This document shows, piece after piece, positions 13,432 through 24,746 of a DNA stretch of 64,000 bases. This DNA comes from an uncultured Methanosarcinaceae archaeon (GTDB lineage: Archaea; Halobacteriota; Methanosarcinia; Methanosarcinales; Methanosarcinaceae), in contig CAVTET010000004.1 of NCBI GenBank assembly GCA_963733675.1, forward strand, positions 448,001 through 512,000, read 5' to 3'. The notes under the pieces were generated by a model. It had not been told where the DNA came from, did no database searches, and was given only the letters and a program-made list of their open reading frames with translations. Within the stretch, counting starts at the first letter, position 1. Each line of letters opens with the position of its first letter. A program made the translations under genes and the position numbers.

Positions 13432-13941
13432 ATGAAGACGTTTATTGTATTGTTAACCCTACTAACAGTTGTGCTCTTTACGGCTGGATGTACTGAAGAG
13501 GTCCCGAAAAACGCCACGAGCCTCAAGAATACTTCAGAAAAGAATCCTGTTGTCGAAGCAACCCAACTGGAGCAAATAAACAAATCTCTTCAAAAAGGCC
13601 CAGTTCTTTTAAAAATCGGAGCTGATTGGTGTGGACCATGCCAGGAAATGAAGCCAATACTTAGTGAACTGGCAAAAGAATATGATGGGAAAGCAACGAT
13701 AATGTCTGTGGATGCAGACAACAGCCTTGAATTTGCAAACTATTTCGTAATAAACTCTATTCCCGACTCTTCTGTAATAGTAGGTATTGAAAACGGAAAA
13801 TATGTTTACATTCAAGAGGATGGGACCGTCAGCAATGATAGATTAAGGTCCAGGATTCTCGGAGGCAGGGACAAAGAAGTATTCAAAAAAATTCTTGATC
13901 TAGCTATCCAAAAGTCAAGTCTACATAAAAAAATAATGTAG
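13432..13941 (+). CDS. Thioredoxin-family lipoprotein
   Basis: Lipobox FTAGC; WCGPC active site. Confidence 0.9.
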   Translation: MKTFIVLLTLLTVVLFTAGCTEEVPKNATSLKNTSEKNPVVEATQLEQINKSLQKGPVLLKIGADWCGPCQEMKPILSELAKEYDGKATIMSVDADNSLEFANYFVINSIPDSSVIVGIENGKYVYIQEDGTVSNDRLRSRILGGRDKEVFKKILDLAIQKSSLHKKIM

Positions 13942-14057
13942 CTGATTGACTAACTTCGAAGTCCGCATGTATATCGGAAGTTTAAACCTGTGAAACCCAT
14001 TATTCAGGGTATAATACACACTATCCAAAAAATAACATCCTAAGATAGATAAGAATC

Positions 14058-14705
14058 ATGTACGAAACTATCCCCCCTCTGACTGCATTTGGCGCGGGAA
14101 TTCTCAGTGTCCTGTCTCCGTGCATTCTGCCACTTCTGCCCGCTGTACTGGCAACATCCGCCGGGAAAAGCAAAATAAGGCCTCTTGCAATAGTACTTGG
14201 AGTCTCAATAGCCTTCATTTTAATGGGAGTGGTAACTTCTATCTTTGGGGCAGCTTTCCAGAGTCATATAGGTCAACTGAAGATTATGGCAGAGCTCCTG
14301 ATCCTCCTAATGGGTTTTTCATTACTTTTTGAACTGAGCCTATTCAATACCTTTTCAAAGTTCCCTCTTTTTGCAGATATGAATGAAGAAGGGTCTATTT
14401 CGGGTCTTTTGCTTGGGCTTTCCCTCGGAGTACTTTGGATCCCCTGTATAGGACCGATTCTTGGTTCGATCCTGGCCATGGTTGCTCTGGAAGGAAGCAC
14501 TTCAAACGGCGCATTCACCCTTTCAATTTATTCTCTTGGATTTTCAATGCCAATGCTCGTGCTCGCATATTCAGCTCATTTTTCTTCCTCAAAACTCCGT
14601 CTCATATCAATGTATGATGAAATACTCAAAAAGGGAGCTGGAATGGTTATCATTCTATTTGGGTTCTGGATGGTTTATCATAACCATTTCAGGGGGTTAT
14701 TTTAA
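14058..14705 (+). CDS. ccdA: CcdA/DsbD-type membrane electron transporter
   Basis: LSPCILPLLP and WIPCIGP Cys motifs; multiple TM segments; follows thioredoxin. Confidence 0.9.
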   Translation: MYETIPPLTAFGAGILSVLSPCILPLLPAVLATSAGKSKIRPLAIVLGVSIAFILMGVVTSIFGAAFQSHIGQLKIMAELLILLMGFSLLFELSLFNTFSKFPLFADMNEEGSISGLLLGLSLGVLWIPCIGPILGSILAMVALEGSTSNGAFTLSIYSLGFSMPMLVLAYSAHFSSSKLRLISMYDEILKKGAGMVIILFGFWMVYHNHFRGLF

Positions 14706-15114
14706 AAACAAATATGAAATTCTTCAAATAAGATGCTCAAATAATTAAAAGTTTTTTCCAGGAACACTTTTAATTATTTGAGCATTGACTACATAGTTAT
14801 TTTGGCAAGGAAGTTTGTTCTAATTTTGTGGAAGCATAAATTATAGCTGAAGATTTAATTTTAGACTTGGACATGTGAGGGTAATTAGTATCATAGAACG
14901 GAAAATTTTCCACGATTATATAGCATTGATTACAAATTAGGAGATATACGAAAATGAAACAGGGTATAAAATTGGAGACATGCAAAAGAGGAAGATTATT
15001 GAGGCTGATACATTCTTGGTTAATAAATGTATAAATTTTATTAGTGGAATAATTGCAATTATGAGGAAAGAGATTGTGAGCATACATTGGGAGGATATCC
15101 TATGTACTTTCATA

Positions 15115-15200
15115 GGCTTTGTACCTAAAGTCTTATTTTAGCTCGACTTTAGGTATAGAAATTAGATTTGAGGTGCAAAACGTACTTTAGGTGCAAAGCC
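15115..15200. repeat. Palindromic element with internal repeats, downstream of valS
   Basis: GGCTTTGTACCTAAAGT / ACTTTAGGTGCAAAGCC IR; further motif copies at 15145 and 15166. Confidence 0.65.
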
Positions 15201-15242
15201 ACTTTTATGTCAAAGTATTAGTACAAAAAAGTAAGCATATGC

Positions 15243-17852
15243 TTACCTTACAATTACAACAATTGCATCATTAATTTCTAGAGTATCAACTTCTCTACCT
15301 TCTGAGATCACTTCCTTTGTTACCATCACGGCTTCAGATTCGATCTCAATTGGTTGCCCATTTACAGTAATCGTTATCTTTCCTAAGGCTTGCTGGGCCT
15401 CAATAGTCGCAAGGTCTACTTTTTTTAGAGCTTTTACAACATTGTTTGCATCATTTCTGAAGCGCGGCCCGATTAAACCCATGTTAATCTTAATACCCAT
15501 GGGCATATATTCAAAGGAAGGAGCACCTACCATCAATTCCACTTCAGAGTTCATAGCGCCTGAAATATCTCCTGTATCGATATCTGCATTATATATCTCG
15601 ATTTTCTTCAGTGGAGCATTAAGGGCCATTCCTATATCTGACTTATACCTGCGAACTTCACTAGTTATTCTCTTAATCAATTCTCCTGCAGCTTCAGCTT
15701 CTTCACTGATGAGACTTTTATCGATAGTTGGCCAGGCCTGTATATGGACGCTTTCATCGCTAAATCTTGAATGCAGCTCTTCTGCAAAGAAAGGTACAAA
15801 AGGCGCAAGCAGGAATGAAAGAGTTTTCATTGTTTGATGGAGAACATATTGACCTGCTCTCCTGCCTTCGACCTTGTCACCATAGAGTCTGCCTTTTACA
15901 AGTTCTAGATAGTTGTCCGCAAGGACTTCCCAAGTAAAGTTCCGAATGGCCTTGAAAGTTGAATCAAAATTGTATCCATCAAGCTCTTTAGTGGTGGTAT
16001 CCACAAGTCGGTTAAGCTTGCTGAGGAGCCATCTGTCAATTGTAAGGAGGGAATCAATTGAGAATTTGTCCGCGTCTTCAGGCCCAAAATCATTTAAATG
16101 GGACATCGAGAAGCGGTAGATACTCCACATCTTCTGGAGAAAGCGAGAAGCTGAAACTACATCTTTCCAGCGGAACATTATATCTGAGCCTGTGGAACCT
16201 CCAACTGCTCCCCACTGCCTAAAGGCATCGGCACTGTATTGTGATATCACTTCTTCGGGGGAAATGATGTTTCCAAGGGACTTGCTCATTTTATGGCCAT
16301 CAGGTCCAAGTACCATACCATTTATCATTATAGAGTCCCAAGGCTTCTTGCCTTCAAGAGCCAGGCTACGCAGTATTGTATAAAAAGCCCAGGTTCTGAT
16401 GATGTCATGTCCTTGTGGGCGGATCTGGGCAGGCAAGCGGAGTTCATACTCGCTTTCCCAGCCAGTGACATGTAATGCAGTAATCGAGGAATCCATCCAG
16501 GTATCAAGGACATCGATCTCGGGTTGAAATTCGGTTGAACCACAAGTACAGGCCTTCTTTGGAGATGCTTCATTTGGATCAATAGGTAGCCAACTCTCTT
16601 CTGCAAGCATGACTTCTCCACAATGCTTACAATACCATATCGGAATTGGAGTTGCAAAAATCCTCTGCCTGGAAATGCACCAGTCCCATTCCATGGTGCC
16701 TATCCAGTTCTGCAGCCTGGTTTTCATATACTCTGGACACCAGTTAATATCTTCTGCAGCTTTCAGAATGCTTTCATGTTTGATCTTCACGAACCATTGG
16801 GGCTCGGAAAGGATTTCTATATGGGTGTCGCAACGCCAGCAGAGTCCAACATTTTGCGTCAGAGATTTCTGGTCATAAAGGAAACTTTCAGCCTTCAGGT
16901 CGGAAATTATAGCTTCTCTGCATGCTGTTGTACTCAAGCCTTCATACTTGCCTGCAGCTTTTGTCATCTTTCCTTGCTTGTCGATAGTTTTTACAAGGGG
17001 TAATCCGTATTTTGCCCGCCAGTGCACATCCTGTTTGTCCCCAAAAGTACAGATCATCACAGCACCTGTACCTAGTTCAGGCTCAACAGCTTCATCAGTA
17101 ATCAAAGTCACTTTCTGCTTAAAAATAGGCACTCTAATTTCCTGGCCGACATATTCCTTGTATCGCTTGTCTTTAGGATTAACTGCAATGGCAACGCAGG
17201 CTGACATCAGTTCTGGCCTTGTAGTTGCAATGTCGACCTTGTCGAAATGGACAAAGTTAAGTTTAGTTTGTCTTGTGTCATACTCTACTTCTGCAAACGC
17301 GATGGCAGTTTCGCAGCGAGGGCACCAGTTAACAGGATGTTCTTCGTGATAGATGTATCCATCATTGTACATTCGGACAAAGGATTTCTGTGTCTTTACA
17401 AAATATGAAGGGTCCATAGTTACGAATTCGTTACTCCAGTCCACAGAAAAACCCAGCCGCAGCATTGTTTTTCGCATCTTGTCAATGTTTTCTGCCGTCA
17501 GTTCCCTACACATTCTCCGAAATTCTGCACGAGAGACCTGGTTTTTAGTTATTCCATTAATTTCTTCAACTTTTACTTCCGTTGGCAGGCCATGACAGTC
17601 CCACCCCTCAGGGAACATTACATTGTATCCCCGCATTCTTTTGTAACGAGCAACAAAGTCGATATAGCACCAATTAAGCGCGTTCCCAATATGGAAATTG
17701 CCTGTAGGATAAGGGGGAGGGGTATCGATAATATATTGGGGACGTGGGTCCTCTCCCCAGTTGAAGTGGTACATGGAAAGATCCCATTTCTCCATCCACT
17801 TTTCCTCAATATCATTTGCATTGTATTCTACTTGAATTTCCGATTCTTTCAT
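15243..17852 (-). CDS. valS: Valine--tRNA ligase
   Basis: [33 protein letters not shown]. Confidence 0.98.
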   Translation of the reverse strand: MKESEIQVEYNANDIEEKWMEKWDLSMYHFNWGEDPRPQYIIDTPPPYPTGNFHIGNALNWCYIDFVARYKRMRGYNVMFPEGWDCHGLPTEVKVEEINGITKNQVSRAEFRRMCRELTAENIDKMRKTMLRLGFSVDWSNEFVTMDPSYFVKTQKSFVRMYNDGYIYHEEHPVNWCPRCETAIAFAEVEYDTRQTKLNFVHFDKVDIATTRPELMSACVAIAVNPKDKRYKEYVGQEIRVPIFKQKVTLITDEAVEPELGTGAVMICTFGDKQDVHWRAKYGLPLVKTIDKQGKMTKAAGKYEGLSTTACREAIISDLKAESFLYDQKSLTQNVGLCWRCDTHIEILSEPQWFVKIKHESILKAAEDINWCPEYMKTRLQNWIGTMEWDWCISRQRIFATPIPIWYCKHCGEVMLAEESWLPIDPNEASPKKACTCGSTEFQPEIDVLDTWMDSSITALHVTGWESEYELRLPAQIRPQGHDIIRTWAFYTILRSLALEGKKPWDSIMINGMVLGPDGHKMSKSLGNIISPEEVISQYSADAFRQWGAVGGSTGSDIMFRWKDVVSASRFLQKMWSIYRFSMSHLNDFGPEDADKFSIDSLLTIDRWLLSKLNRLVDTTTKELDGYNFDSTFKAIRNFTWEVLADNYLELVKGRLYGDKVEGRRAGQYVLHQTMKTLSFLLAPFVPFFAEELHSRFSDESVHIQAWPTIDKSLISEEAEAAGELIKRITSEVRRYKSDIGMALNAPLKKIEIYNADIDTGDISGAMNSEVELMVGAPSFEYMPMGIKINMGLIGPRFRNDANNVVKALKKVDLATIEAQQALGKITITVNGQPIEIESEAVMVTKEVISEGREVDTLEINDAIVVIVR

Positions 17853-18129
17853 AGAGACACTCCATGATTGGAAAATGGTGTATGAATTTCTGGGGTTCTA
17901 GAGTGCTTGCGATTATTTAAATATATCTGGTCTTGAAATAGTTTGACACCTCGTCAATTCATAAATTATTTCTACAAATCAGAAGAATATCAAAGAAATT
18001 ATTGAAGGTAATGAAATCGTTGGTTATGAAGACGAAAATTGACTCTACTATAAAATAGACACAGGTATTTCACTTCTTGTATCCTCTGAATTATGTAGTA
18101 TCGTTGATATCACGACTTTACCTTATGAA

Positions 18130-18240
18130 ACAAACTATAGTTATCAAAAAAGTTTTAATGTTTTACTTCATGCTGCAACATCTTCGACTAATATTCTGGA
18201 ATCTGCAAAAGAGAGTTTAAGTGCAAAGTCCCACAGAATA
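18130..18240 (+). mobile_element. Probable ISH3-family transposase N-terminal remnant
   Basis: NVLLHAATSSTNILESA; homologous to 34650-34800. Confidence 0.45.
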
Positions 18241-18405
18241 TTGAAAATTCATTTTTGATTTACACATATGAAGCTTATGAGAAGGAGTCGTGATCTGAAT
18301 TGGAACTTCGATTTTCTTTTTTGAGTAAAGTTTGTTTCCTGTGGAAATGAGTTAAATACTAAAATAGGAATCCTTATAGGATAAAGATCAGAGACTGATA
18401 ACTCC

Positions 18406-20181
18406 ATGGCCAGAGATATAAAAATACTCCACACCGCGGACACGCATCTTGGATATATCCAATATTACAGTGAGGTTCGTAGAAAGGACTTTTTTAAGGC
18501 TTTTGAAATTGTAATAAATGATGCGATTGATATGCAGGTCGATGCTGTAGTGCATGCAGGGGACCTTTTTGATTCGAGGAACCCTACTCTTGAAGACCTC
18601 CTGGAGACTATCAACATCCTGATTAAGTTAAAAGTTGTTGAGATACCTTTTTTTGGAATTGTCGGGAACCATGAGAGCAAGCAAAATAAGCAGTGGCTAG
18701 ACATTTTGGAGAAAATGGAACTTGCTGCAAGACTTAGTAAAAAACCACACCTCTTAAGGGGTATTGCAATATATGGAATCGATAGTGTCCCTAGGTCAAA
18801 GATTCCTTTATTCGACTATTCTGGGTTTGAAGCTCCGGATTCTTCCCTGCCAGAAAACTGCAAGAAATTACTTGTAATGCACCAGATAATGCAGCCTTTT
18901 CCATATGCTGAATGGGACTGTGTTGAAGTGCTTAATAAGCTTCCGTTCAAGATTGATGCAATTCTCCTTGGAGATTATCACAAATATGAAAAAATTAAGG
19001 TTGAAGATACATGGGTCACGTATTCCGGCAGTACAGAAAGAAACAACACTTCTGAAGAAGAGTCCCGTTCTTACAACATCATCACTCTTTCCGATGAAAG
19101 TTTGGAGATTAGTAGGCGCACAATTCCTACCCGCAAATTCCTTTTCATTATAGCAGAGTTGAATGAGGAAGAGAATACTTATGAACAGATCTTTTCTGCA
19201 GTAAATGAACATCTTGAAGAGCTTCCCGAATCAGTAGTGTTCTTGAAAATTTATGGGAATTCGAGGATGCTTCTGTCCATCAGTGAGATTGAAGAATACC
19301 TTCTAAATAAAGGAGCCCTCGTGACAAAGGTCACAGATATGAGGATAAAAAAATCTTTACCCAAAGAGGTTTTGAAAGTCACATTTTCGGATCCTGATCA
19401 GGCAGTTGCAGAGGAGATCAAGAGAATGAGCTTAAATGATGGCGGGTTAATTGTTGATGAAGTTGTCCGAAACCCAAACATCACAAGGTCAAGAGTGGAT
19501 GAAGAAACTGAAATTCGAATTTCAAAGTTGATTGAGGCCATTGATTTCAAAGACCCGGATTTCCGAATAGAAAGTTCTGTCAAATCTGTAAGATTTATTG
19601 AGTCTAAAGAAGCAAAAGAATGTGTATATGATAACAAAGTTAAAATAATTGCGGATCTCAATCCAACTGAGAAGACTGAATTTGGTGTGGCAGTTATTAG
19701 AAATTCTAATACTACTGAAAGCTCTGGAATTACTGAAGAATCTGAAATTTTGAAGCCCTTATACAGGATTAAAAGTTCTGAGATAAAAAGTAGTGAATCA
19801 TCTATATTGAGTTTGGAGAGCTCCGGATCAGCGCCTGAGACTTCATCTGTATCTGAATCTGCACCTGAATCTATATGTGAACCTGCATATAAATTTGCTT
19901 TCCTCCAGGAAAGTTCCGAAATTTTGGCAGAAGGCCATGGAAAAAGGATGGCATTTTGGAAAGACAGTGGAAAAGAGCTTGAAAAAGAGGTTGATATCTT
20001 GCCTGATTCCGAAGTTGAAGTTAGCTTTGGAAAGGATGTAGAAGGCAAAACAGAGGTACTGTCCGAAGTAAAGCCGATCAAAGTTTTGGGTGCAGTCGGA
20101 AAAAAGGCAAATTTGGGGCAGAAAAAGGGAAAAGGAAAACTTTCTGCACCTCGACAGTATAACCTTGGTGATTACTTGTGA
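18406..20181 (+). CDS. mre11: DNA double-strand break repair nuclease Mre11
   Basis: HTADTHLG, AGDLFD, GNHE, GDYH motifs; long acidic tail; overlaps rad50 start. Confidence 0.95.
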   Translation: MARDIKILHTADTHLGYIQYYSEVRRKDFFKAFEIVINDAIDMQVDAVVHAGDLFDSRNPTLEDLLETINILIKLKVVEIPFFGIVGNHESKQNKQWLDILEKMELAARLSKKPHLLRGIAIYGIDSVPRSKIPLFDYSGFEAPDSSLPENCKKLLVMHQIMQPFPYAEWDCVEVLNKLPFKIDAILLGDYHKYEKIKVEDTWVTYSGSTERNNTSEEESRSYNIITLSDESLEISRRTIPTRKFLFIIAELNEEENTYEQIFSAVNEHLEELPESVVFLKIYGNSRMLLSISEIEEYLLNKGALVTKVTDMRIKKSLPKEVLKVTFSDPDQAVAEEIKRMSLNDGGLIVDEVVRNPNITRSRVDEETEIRISKLIEAIDFKDPDFRIESSVKSVRFIESKEAKECVYDNKVKIIADLNPTEKTEFGVAVIRNSNTTESSGITEESEILKPLYRIKSSEIKSSESSILSLESSGSAPETSSVSESAPESICEPAYKFAFLQESSEILAEGHGKRMAFWKDSGKELEKEVDILPDSEVEVSFGKDVEGKTEVLSEVKPIKVLGAVGKKANLGQKKGKGKLSAPRQYNLGDYL

Positions 20182-23100
20182 AGCTGAGAAATCTTCATGC
20201 TGAAAATATCCGGAGCTACAAAAAGCTGGATTTCACTTTTGAAGATGGAGTGACAGTAATTTCTGGGGTTAATGGAAGTGGAAAATCAAGCTTGCTCGAA
20301 GCCTGCTTCATGGGACTTTTTGGTAGTAAGATTCTTTCAAAGGATTTTGTGCTTGCAGATATAATTTTTAAAGGGGCTGAGGATGCTAAAATTAGTCTGG
20401 GCTTCGAGCACTTAGGGCGTGAGTATCTTATTGATCAGGTTTTCCGATACTCGGTTAAAAGTGAGAATGCCTCAAGTTCAAAATGCATACTGTATGAAGA
20501 TGGGGAAATTATTGTTGATCAGGCCATACGGACTTATGAGAAAGTATGTTCCCTCCTTAATATGGATGAGGAGGCATATAGGAACTGTGCTTACATTCGA
20601 CAGGGGGAGATCGATGTACTTATTAATGCAAAGCCAAAAGATAGGCAGCTCATGATTGATGACCTACTGCAGCTAGGAAAGCTCGAAGAGTACAGGGAAA
20701 GGGCAAATAGTGCAAAAACAGCTGTTAAAAGGCTTGAAAGGGACACTAAAAACAGCCAATTAGGTGTAAAAGCTGAGATTGAAGGGATTGAAAGTACAGG
20801 ACCAGTTGTAGTACTGAACGAGCTTAGGCAGAAGGAGAAGGAAAGCAATATTGCCTTAAAAAGTTTAAATGAGATGAAAGAGGCTGCAACTACCCGTAAA
20901 GAAAAGCACGACCTAATGATTGTGGAGTACACAGAAAACCTACAGGAAATTGAGGTTTTAAAACAGTCTATCTGTGAGTTTCAGGAAAAAAAAGATGTAT
21001 GTTTCCAAGAAAAGGAAACATTTGCAGATGAGGTCCATAAACAAAGGCAGATTTTACTCGAACTGGGAGAGGAAAATAATACCATCAAGATAGAATGTGG
21101 ATTTGAAGACCTTGATATTGAGATTCTTGTTGTGCAACAGGAAAAGGAGGAATTTCTTACCAGGGAAAAGGTAAATGAGATTTTAAAAGAACTTGCTCTT
21201 CACTTCAAAGACGAACATGCCCTCAAACATACCTTGCTAGAGCTTGAAAAAGAAAAGGTTGAGACTGAGGACGTTTATTTGCAATGCAGAAAGGATATTG
21301 AGGCTACAAGCAGAGAAATAGAGGGGAACAGAACAAAAATAAGGAGAACTGAAGAGGAAAATAGGAAGCTTAAAAGAAAGGCAGGTTTTGAAGAAGCTAA
21401 TGAAATTTCTTCAGTAATAAAAGAACTGGAAGAAAAAGAAAGTTTTTTTCGTGACCAGAAAAGTGAGATTTCTGCAAAGCTTACCCTTGCTTTTAAAGAG
21501 AACGAAAGTAGGGACTTAAACCTCCTGGAACTTGAAAAAGAAATGCAAAACTATAGGAGTGTAGTCCAGAAGGGTAAGATAGAAGTTGAAGTTCTTGAAG
21601 AAGAACTCAAGGAGAACTCAAAAGAAGTTATCGAAATTCATGAGCAGAAATCCGAAGTTCTCTTAGAATTGAGCAAACTCAGTTTTACCGGCGAACAGCT
21701 CGAAGATCTGGAAGATTTCAGCGAGCTTCTGCTGGAAAATAAAAATAGACATCATGGACGGGAAAAAGAGCTTGAGGCAACTATCCGAGAGCTTGAAAAA
21801 GTTCTTCGTAAAAATTCGCAGTTGCTTTCCGAAGGAAAGTGTCCTACATGCGGGCAAGAGCTTGAAGAGTCTAGTATTGCCTGTGCGACAGAGGAATCCG
21901 AAAAGAAAAAAGAAAAGATGTCAGTAGAGCTTATGGAGATCAAAGTTCAGCAGGCTGAGATCGAAAAAAAACTGAACCGTCTCAAAGATGCAAAGAAACT
22001 GAAAAAAAGAATTTCAGATTACGATCTGGAAACCGAAAAGCTCATTGTTAAGGGACAGGATCTGGAAGAAAGGATGAAAATCCATAAATCCCGGATCATA
22101 GAAGATTCCCTTAAACTGGATTCTCTTAATACACGAAAACAGGAACTTGAGGCTGAAATTGGAAAATTTTCCCATGATATTAAAGCCCTTAAGTGTCATG
22201 AGGAGGCGTCTCAAAAAGCTCACAATGAAAGTGAGAATGTTCTGAGGGATGCAAAAGCCTTTGAGAAAAAGCTTGTTGAAAATAACGCTGAAATTGAAGT
22301 TCTGAATGGAAAAATCAGGACTTCTTTTGCGCTAATCAAAAATTACGAGCAGAGGCTTCAAGAACTAAATGATAAGTTAAGAGGGCTTTCAGAAAGGGAA
22401 ATCCTTGAAAAGGAAAAGCTCAAATCCCTGGGAGTCTATTTCGAAGATCTGCGGAAGAAAGAAGAAGGGGCAAAAAAAAATCACCAGGAAAGTGAAAAAT
22501 TCCTAACGCGGGTAAAAAAAATTCAAACAAACCTACTCCGTATGGATAAGATAAAGTACAAAATCTCCGAACTTGAGGCTTCGATAAGTAATCTTACCGA
22601 AAAGGTCGGTTTCTTTGACCGAGATATCCTTGAAAGAAGTGAAAAGATAAAACATCTAGATGAAAAACTGGAGAGAAACGGCCTTGAAGATCTTCAGCTA
22701 AAGCGCGCTCAGTTTGAGGAGGCCCAAGCAAATATCACAGAAGAAATCGGGCTAAAGACTGCCACAAAAGACTCAATTTTAAAAGAAATCGGTATGGTCG
22801 AAAATAACTTAAAACGCCTTAATGAACTGAAAAATGAACTAAAAGATATCGAAAATAGGCTTCTGTATCTCAAAGCCATATATAGTAATTCTGAGGAGCT
22901 TGAGAATATCTATATGTTCGTCAGGGCTGATATGAGAGCAAAAAACATCGATACTCTTTCCGTTCTTTTAAACGAGATGTTCAGTTTTATGTATGCAAAT
23001 AATGCTTATTCCCACATAGAATTAGATACTGAATATAATCTTACAATTTATAGAAAAGATGGGACTCCTCTTGAGCCTAAACTTCTCAGTGGCGGTGAAC

Positions 23101-23390
23101 GTGCTATATTTAACCTTGTTCTACGCTGTGCTATTTACCGGCTCCTTTCCCTCGGTTTTGGCGGAGACCAGGCAGATGGTCTACCACCAATGATCCTTGA
23201 TGAACCAACGGTGTTCCTTGATCGTGGGCATATAAGACAGCTTTTACAATTAATAGATATGATGCGCAACATAGGGGTTGGCCAGATAATAGTAGTCTCT
23301 CATGATGAATCCCTTATAGATTCAGCAGATCATATTTTTCAGGTAGAAAAAGACCCTCTTACCAATATGTCCTCTATTATTAGGCTCTGA
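20178..23390 (+). CDS. rad50: Rad50 ATPase
   Basis: GVNGSGKS Walker A, coiled coil, CPTCG zinc hook, LSGGE, ILDEPT. Confidence 0.97.
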   Translation: MKLRNLHAENIRSYKKLDFTFEDGVTVISGVNGSGKSSLLEACFMGLFGSKILSKDFVLADIIFKGAEDAKISLGFEHLGREYLIDQVFRYSVKSENASSSKCILYEDGEIIVDQAIRTYEKVCSLLNMDEEAYRNCAYIRQGEIDVLINAKPKDRQLMIDDLLQLGKLEEYRERANSAKTAVKRLERDTKNSQLGVKAEIEGIESTGPVVVLNELRQKEKESNIALKSLNEMKEAATTRKEKHDLMIVEYTENLQEIEVLKQSICEFQEKKDVCFQEKETFADEVHKQRQILLELGEENNTIKIECGFEDLDIEILVVQQEKEEFLTREKVNEILKELALHFKDEHALKHTLLELEKEKVETEDVYLQCRKDIEATSREIEGNRTKIRRTEEENRKLKRKAGFEEANEISSVIKELEEKESFFRDQKSEISAKLTLAFKENESRDLNLLELEKEMQNYRSVVQKGKIEVEVLEEELKENSKEVIEIHEQKSEVLLELSKLSFTGEQLEDLEDFSELLLENKNRHHGREKELEATIRELEKVLRKNSQLLSEGKCPTCGQELEESSIACATEESEKKKEKMSVELMEIKVQQAEIEKKLNRLKDAKKLKKRISDYDLETEKLIVKGQDLEERMKIHKSRIIEDSLKLDSLNTRKQELEAEIGKFSHDIKALKCHEEASQKAHNESENVLRDAKAFEKKLVENNAEIEVLNGKIRTSFALIKNYEQRLQELNDKLRGLSEREILEKEKLKSLGVYFEDLRKKEEGAKKNHQESEKFLTRVKKIQTNLLRMDKIKYKISELEASISNLTEKVGFFDRDILERSEKIKHLDEKLERNGLEDLQLKRAQFEEAQANITEEIGLKTATKDSILKEIGMVENNLKRLNELKNELKDIENRLLYLKAIYSNSEELENIYMFVRADMRAKNIDTLSVLLNEMFSFMYANNAYSHIELDTEYNLTIYRKDGTPLEPKLLSGGERAIFNLVLRCAIYRLLSLGFGGDQADGLPPMILDEPTVFLDRGHIRQLLQLIDMMRNIGVGQIIVVSHDESLIDSADHIFQVEKDPLTNMSSIIRL

Positions 23391-23457
23391 AAAAGGTAAC
23401 TTACATAAAAGTTCCGAATAAATCTCTCTAGAATGACTTTACTATTTGTAAGCTTGT

Positions 23458-24264
23458 TTACCAGTACACAAGGTAGTTAAACAGCTGATCGACTTCCGTC
23501 TCGAATTCTTCAAAAAAGTTATGATTTTTTACCAGGAAGCTATCTGCAGGAAGATCTTCGAGGTAACCATACCAATAAACAACCATTCCTTTTCCGAAAA
23601 TATTGACGTACTCTCTAAACTGCTTTTTTGAATAATGTTCGTGTTCGAGGTCGTCCCCGAAGAGAGCTTTGCTTTCAATCCAGCTGACCATGAACCGATC
23701 TATGCATATCGGACTTGGTAGGACAAAGTCTGGTGTCTTGCCATCTCCCTGAGAACGAATTTCTTCTTCAGTGAAATAGATAATTCCCCTGTCATCCAGC
23801 CATTTTCTGATGACTGCTTCTCCCATTTCACCCTTTTTACATTGCATCTCGTGAGCGCGAGGGGAAAAGAAATAATCTGCCTCAAGGGCTTTTTTTACCT
23901 CTTTTCTAAGGCGGTGGTTTTTGATGGAATCTATATTCTTGAAAAGCCAGCTGATATTTTTCCTGGGGAGAGCACAATTTTTCATTATTAGAGACGCCAT
24001 AAGGGTTGGAGGGAAATCATTAAATTCCGCAAGTTCAAGAATTGAAAGACCCTGCTTCCATATTAAAAAAAGTTCCTGCTCTCTGGAATAGATCTTTCTG
24101 TGTTTAAATTTTGTCATTTTCACGACTTTTTGATTCAAAATTGTTGCTAGCATGCCTGCAGGCTCTTCAAATTCTTCCGAGAGGCGGAAAACGTCTTTAA
24201 AGTCGTACAGTGAACTATATACGTTCTTGTATTTCTGACGATCCATTTTAAATCCACATATCAT
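23458..24264 (-). CDS. C15orf41/CDIN1-like PD-(D/E)xK nuclease
   Basis: GKTPDFVL...WIESKALFGD...GKGMVVYWYG. Confidence 0.8.
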   Translation of the reverse strand: MICGFKMDRQKYKNVYSSLYDFKDVFRLSEEFEEPAGMLATILNQKVVKMTKFKHRKIYSREQELFLIWKQGLSILELAEFNDFPPTLMASLIMKNCALPRKNISWLFKNIDSIKNHRLRKEVKKALEADYFFSPRAHEMQCKKGEMGEAVIRKWLDDRGIIYFTEEEIRSQGDGKTPDFVLPSPICIDRFMVSWIESKALFGDDLEHEHYSKKQFREYVNIFGKGMVVYWYGYLEDLPADSFLVKNHNFFEEFETEVDQLFNYLVYW

Positions 24265-24392
24265 TTTTTATTTTCTTCTGGAGCATGCAAAATGAAAGCT
24301 AAGCAATCTGAAAAAAGATAAGTACACAATATCAAAAATCTCTCTCAGATGTGTAATTGATCTCAGCGTTATTCTTTTTTGTTCTCATTGAT

Positions 24393-24488
24393 TACAGAGG
24401 ATTTCGATAAATTCTACATTTCATCATATTCTTATGAGTGGTATATAATTATCTCGTGAAAATCAGGGATTTATCGAAATCCTCTATA
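24393..24488. mobile_element. MITE family A, best-preserved copy (96 bp)
   Basis: TACAGAGGATTTCGATAAAT / ATTTATCGAAATCCTCTATA inverted termini. Confidence 0.75.
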
Positions 24489-24746
24489 ATATCAAAGCTC
24501 TAAAGGGTTAAGACTTAAAATAGCGGTCTCGTCATGAAATCCAGCAGGTTAGCTGCAGAAATGCCGTTATTGGAGAAAGCAACATTACCTTCAAGAGAAA
24601 GTAATATTTTTTCATGAACTCCGATCCACATCTCTGAATTATCACTTTCTGCCCTGATATGGTGTTAACTCCAAGATTATTTATTATGAATTTCAGGAAA
24701 TTCTATTGCCATGATTTCATCAAGCTTTCTTCTTTTTTCCCGATTT

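Noticed and set aside
19398-20081. 227-aa antisense ORF and similar shadow ORFs within valS, rad50, pyrG and mtr
   Set aside because: They fully overlap well-supported genes and have no recognisable motifs.
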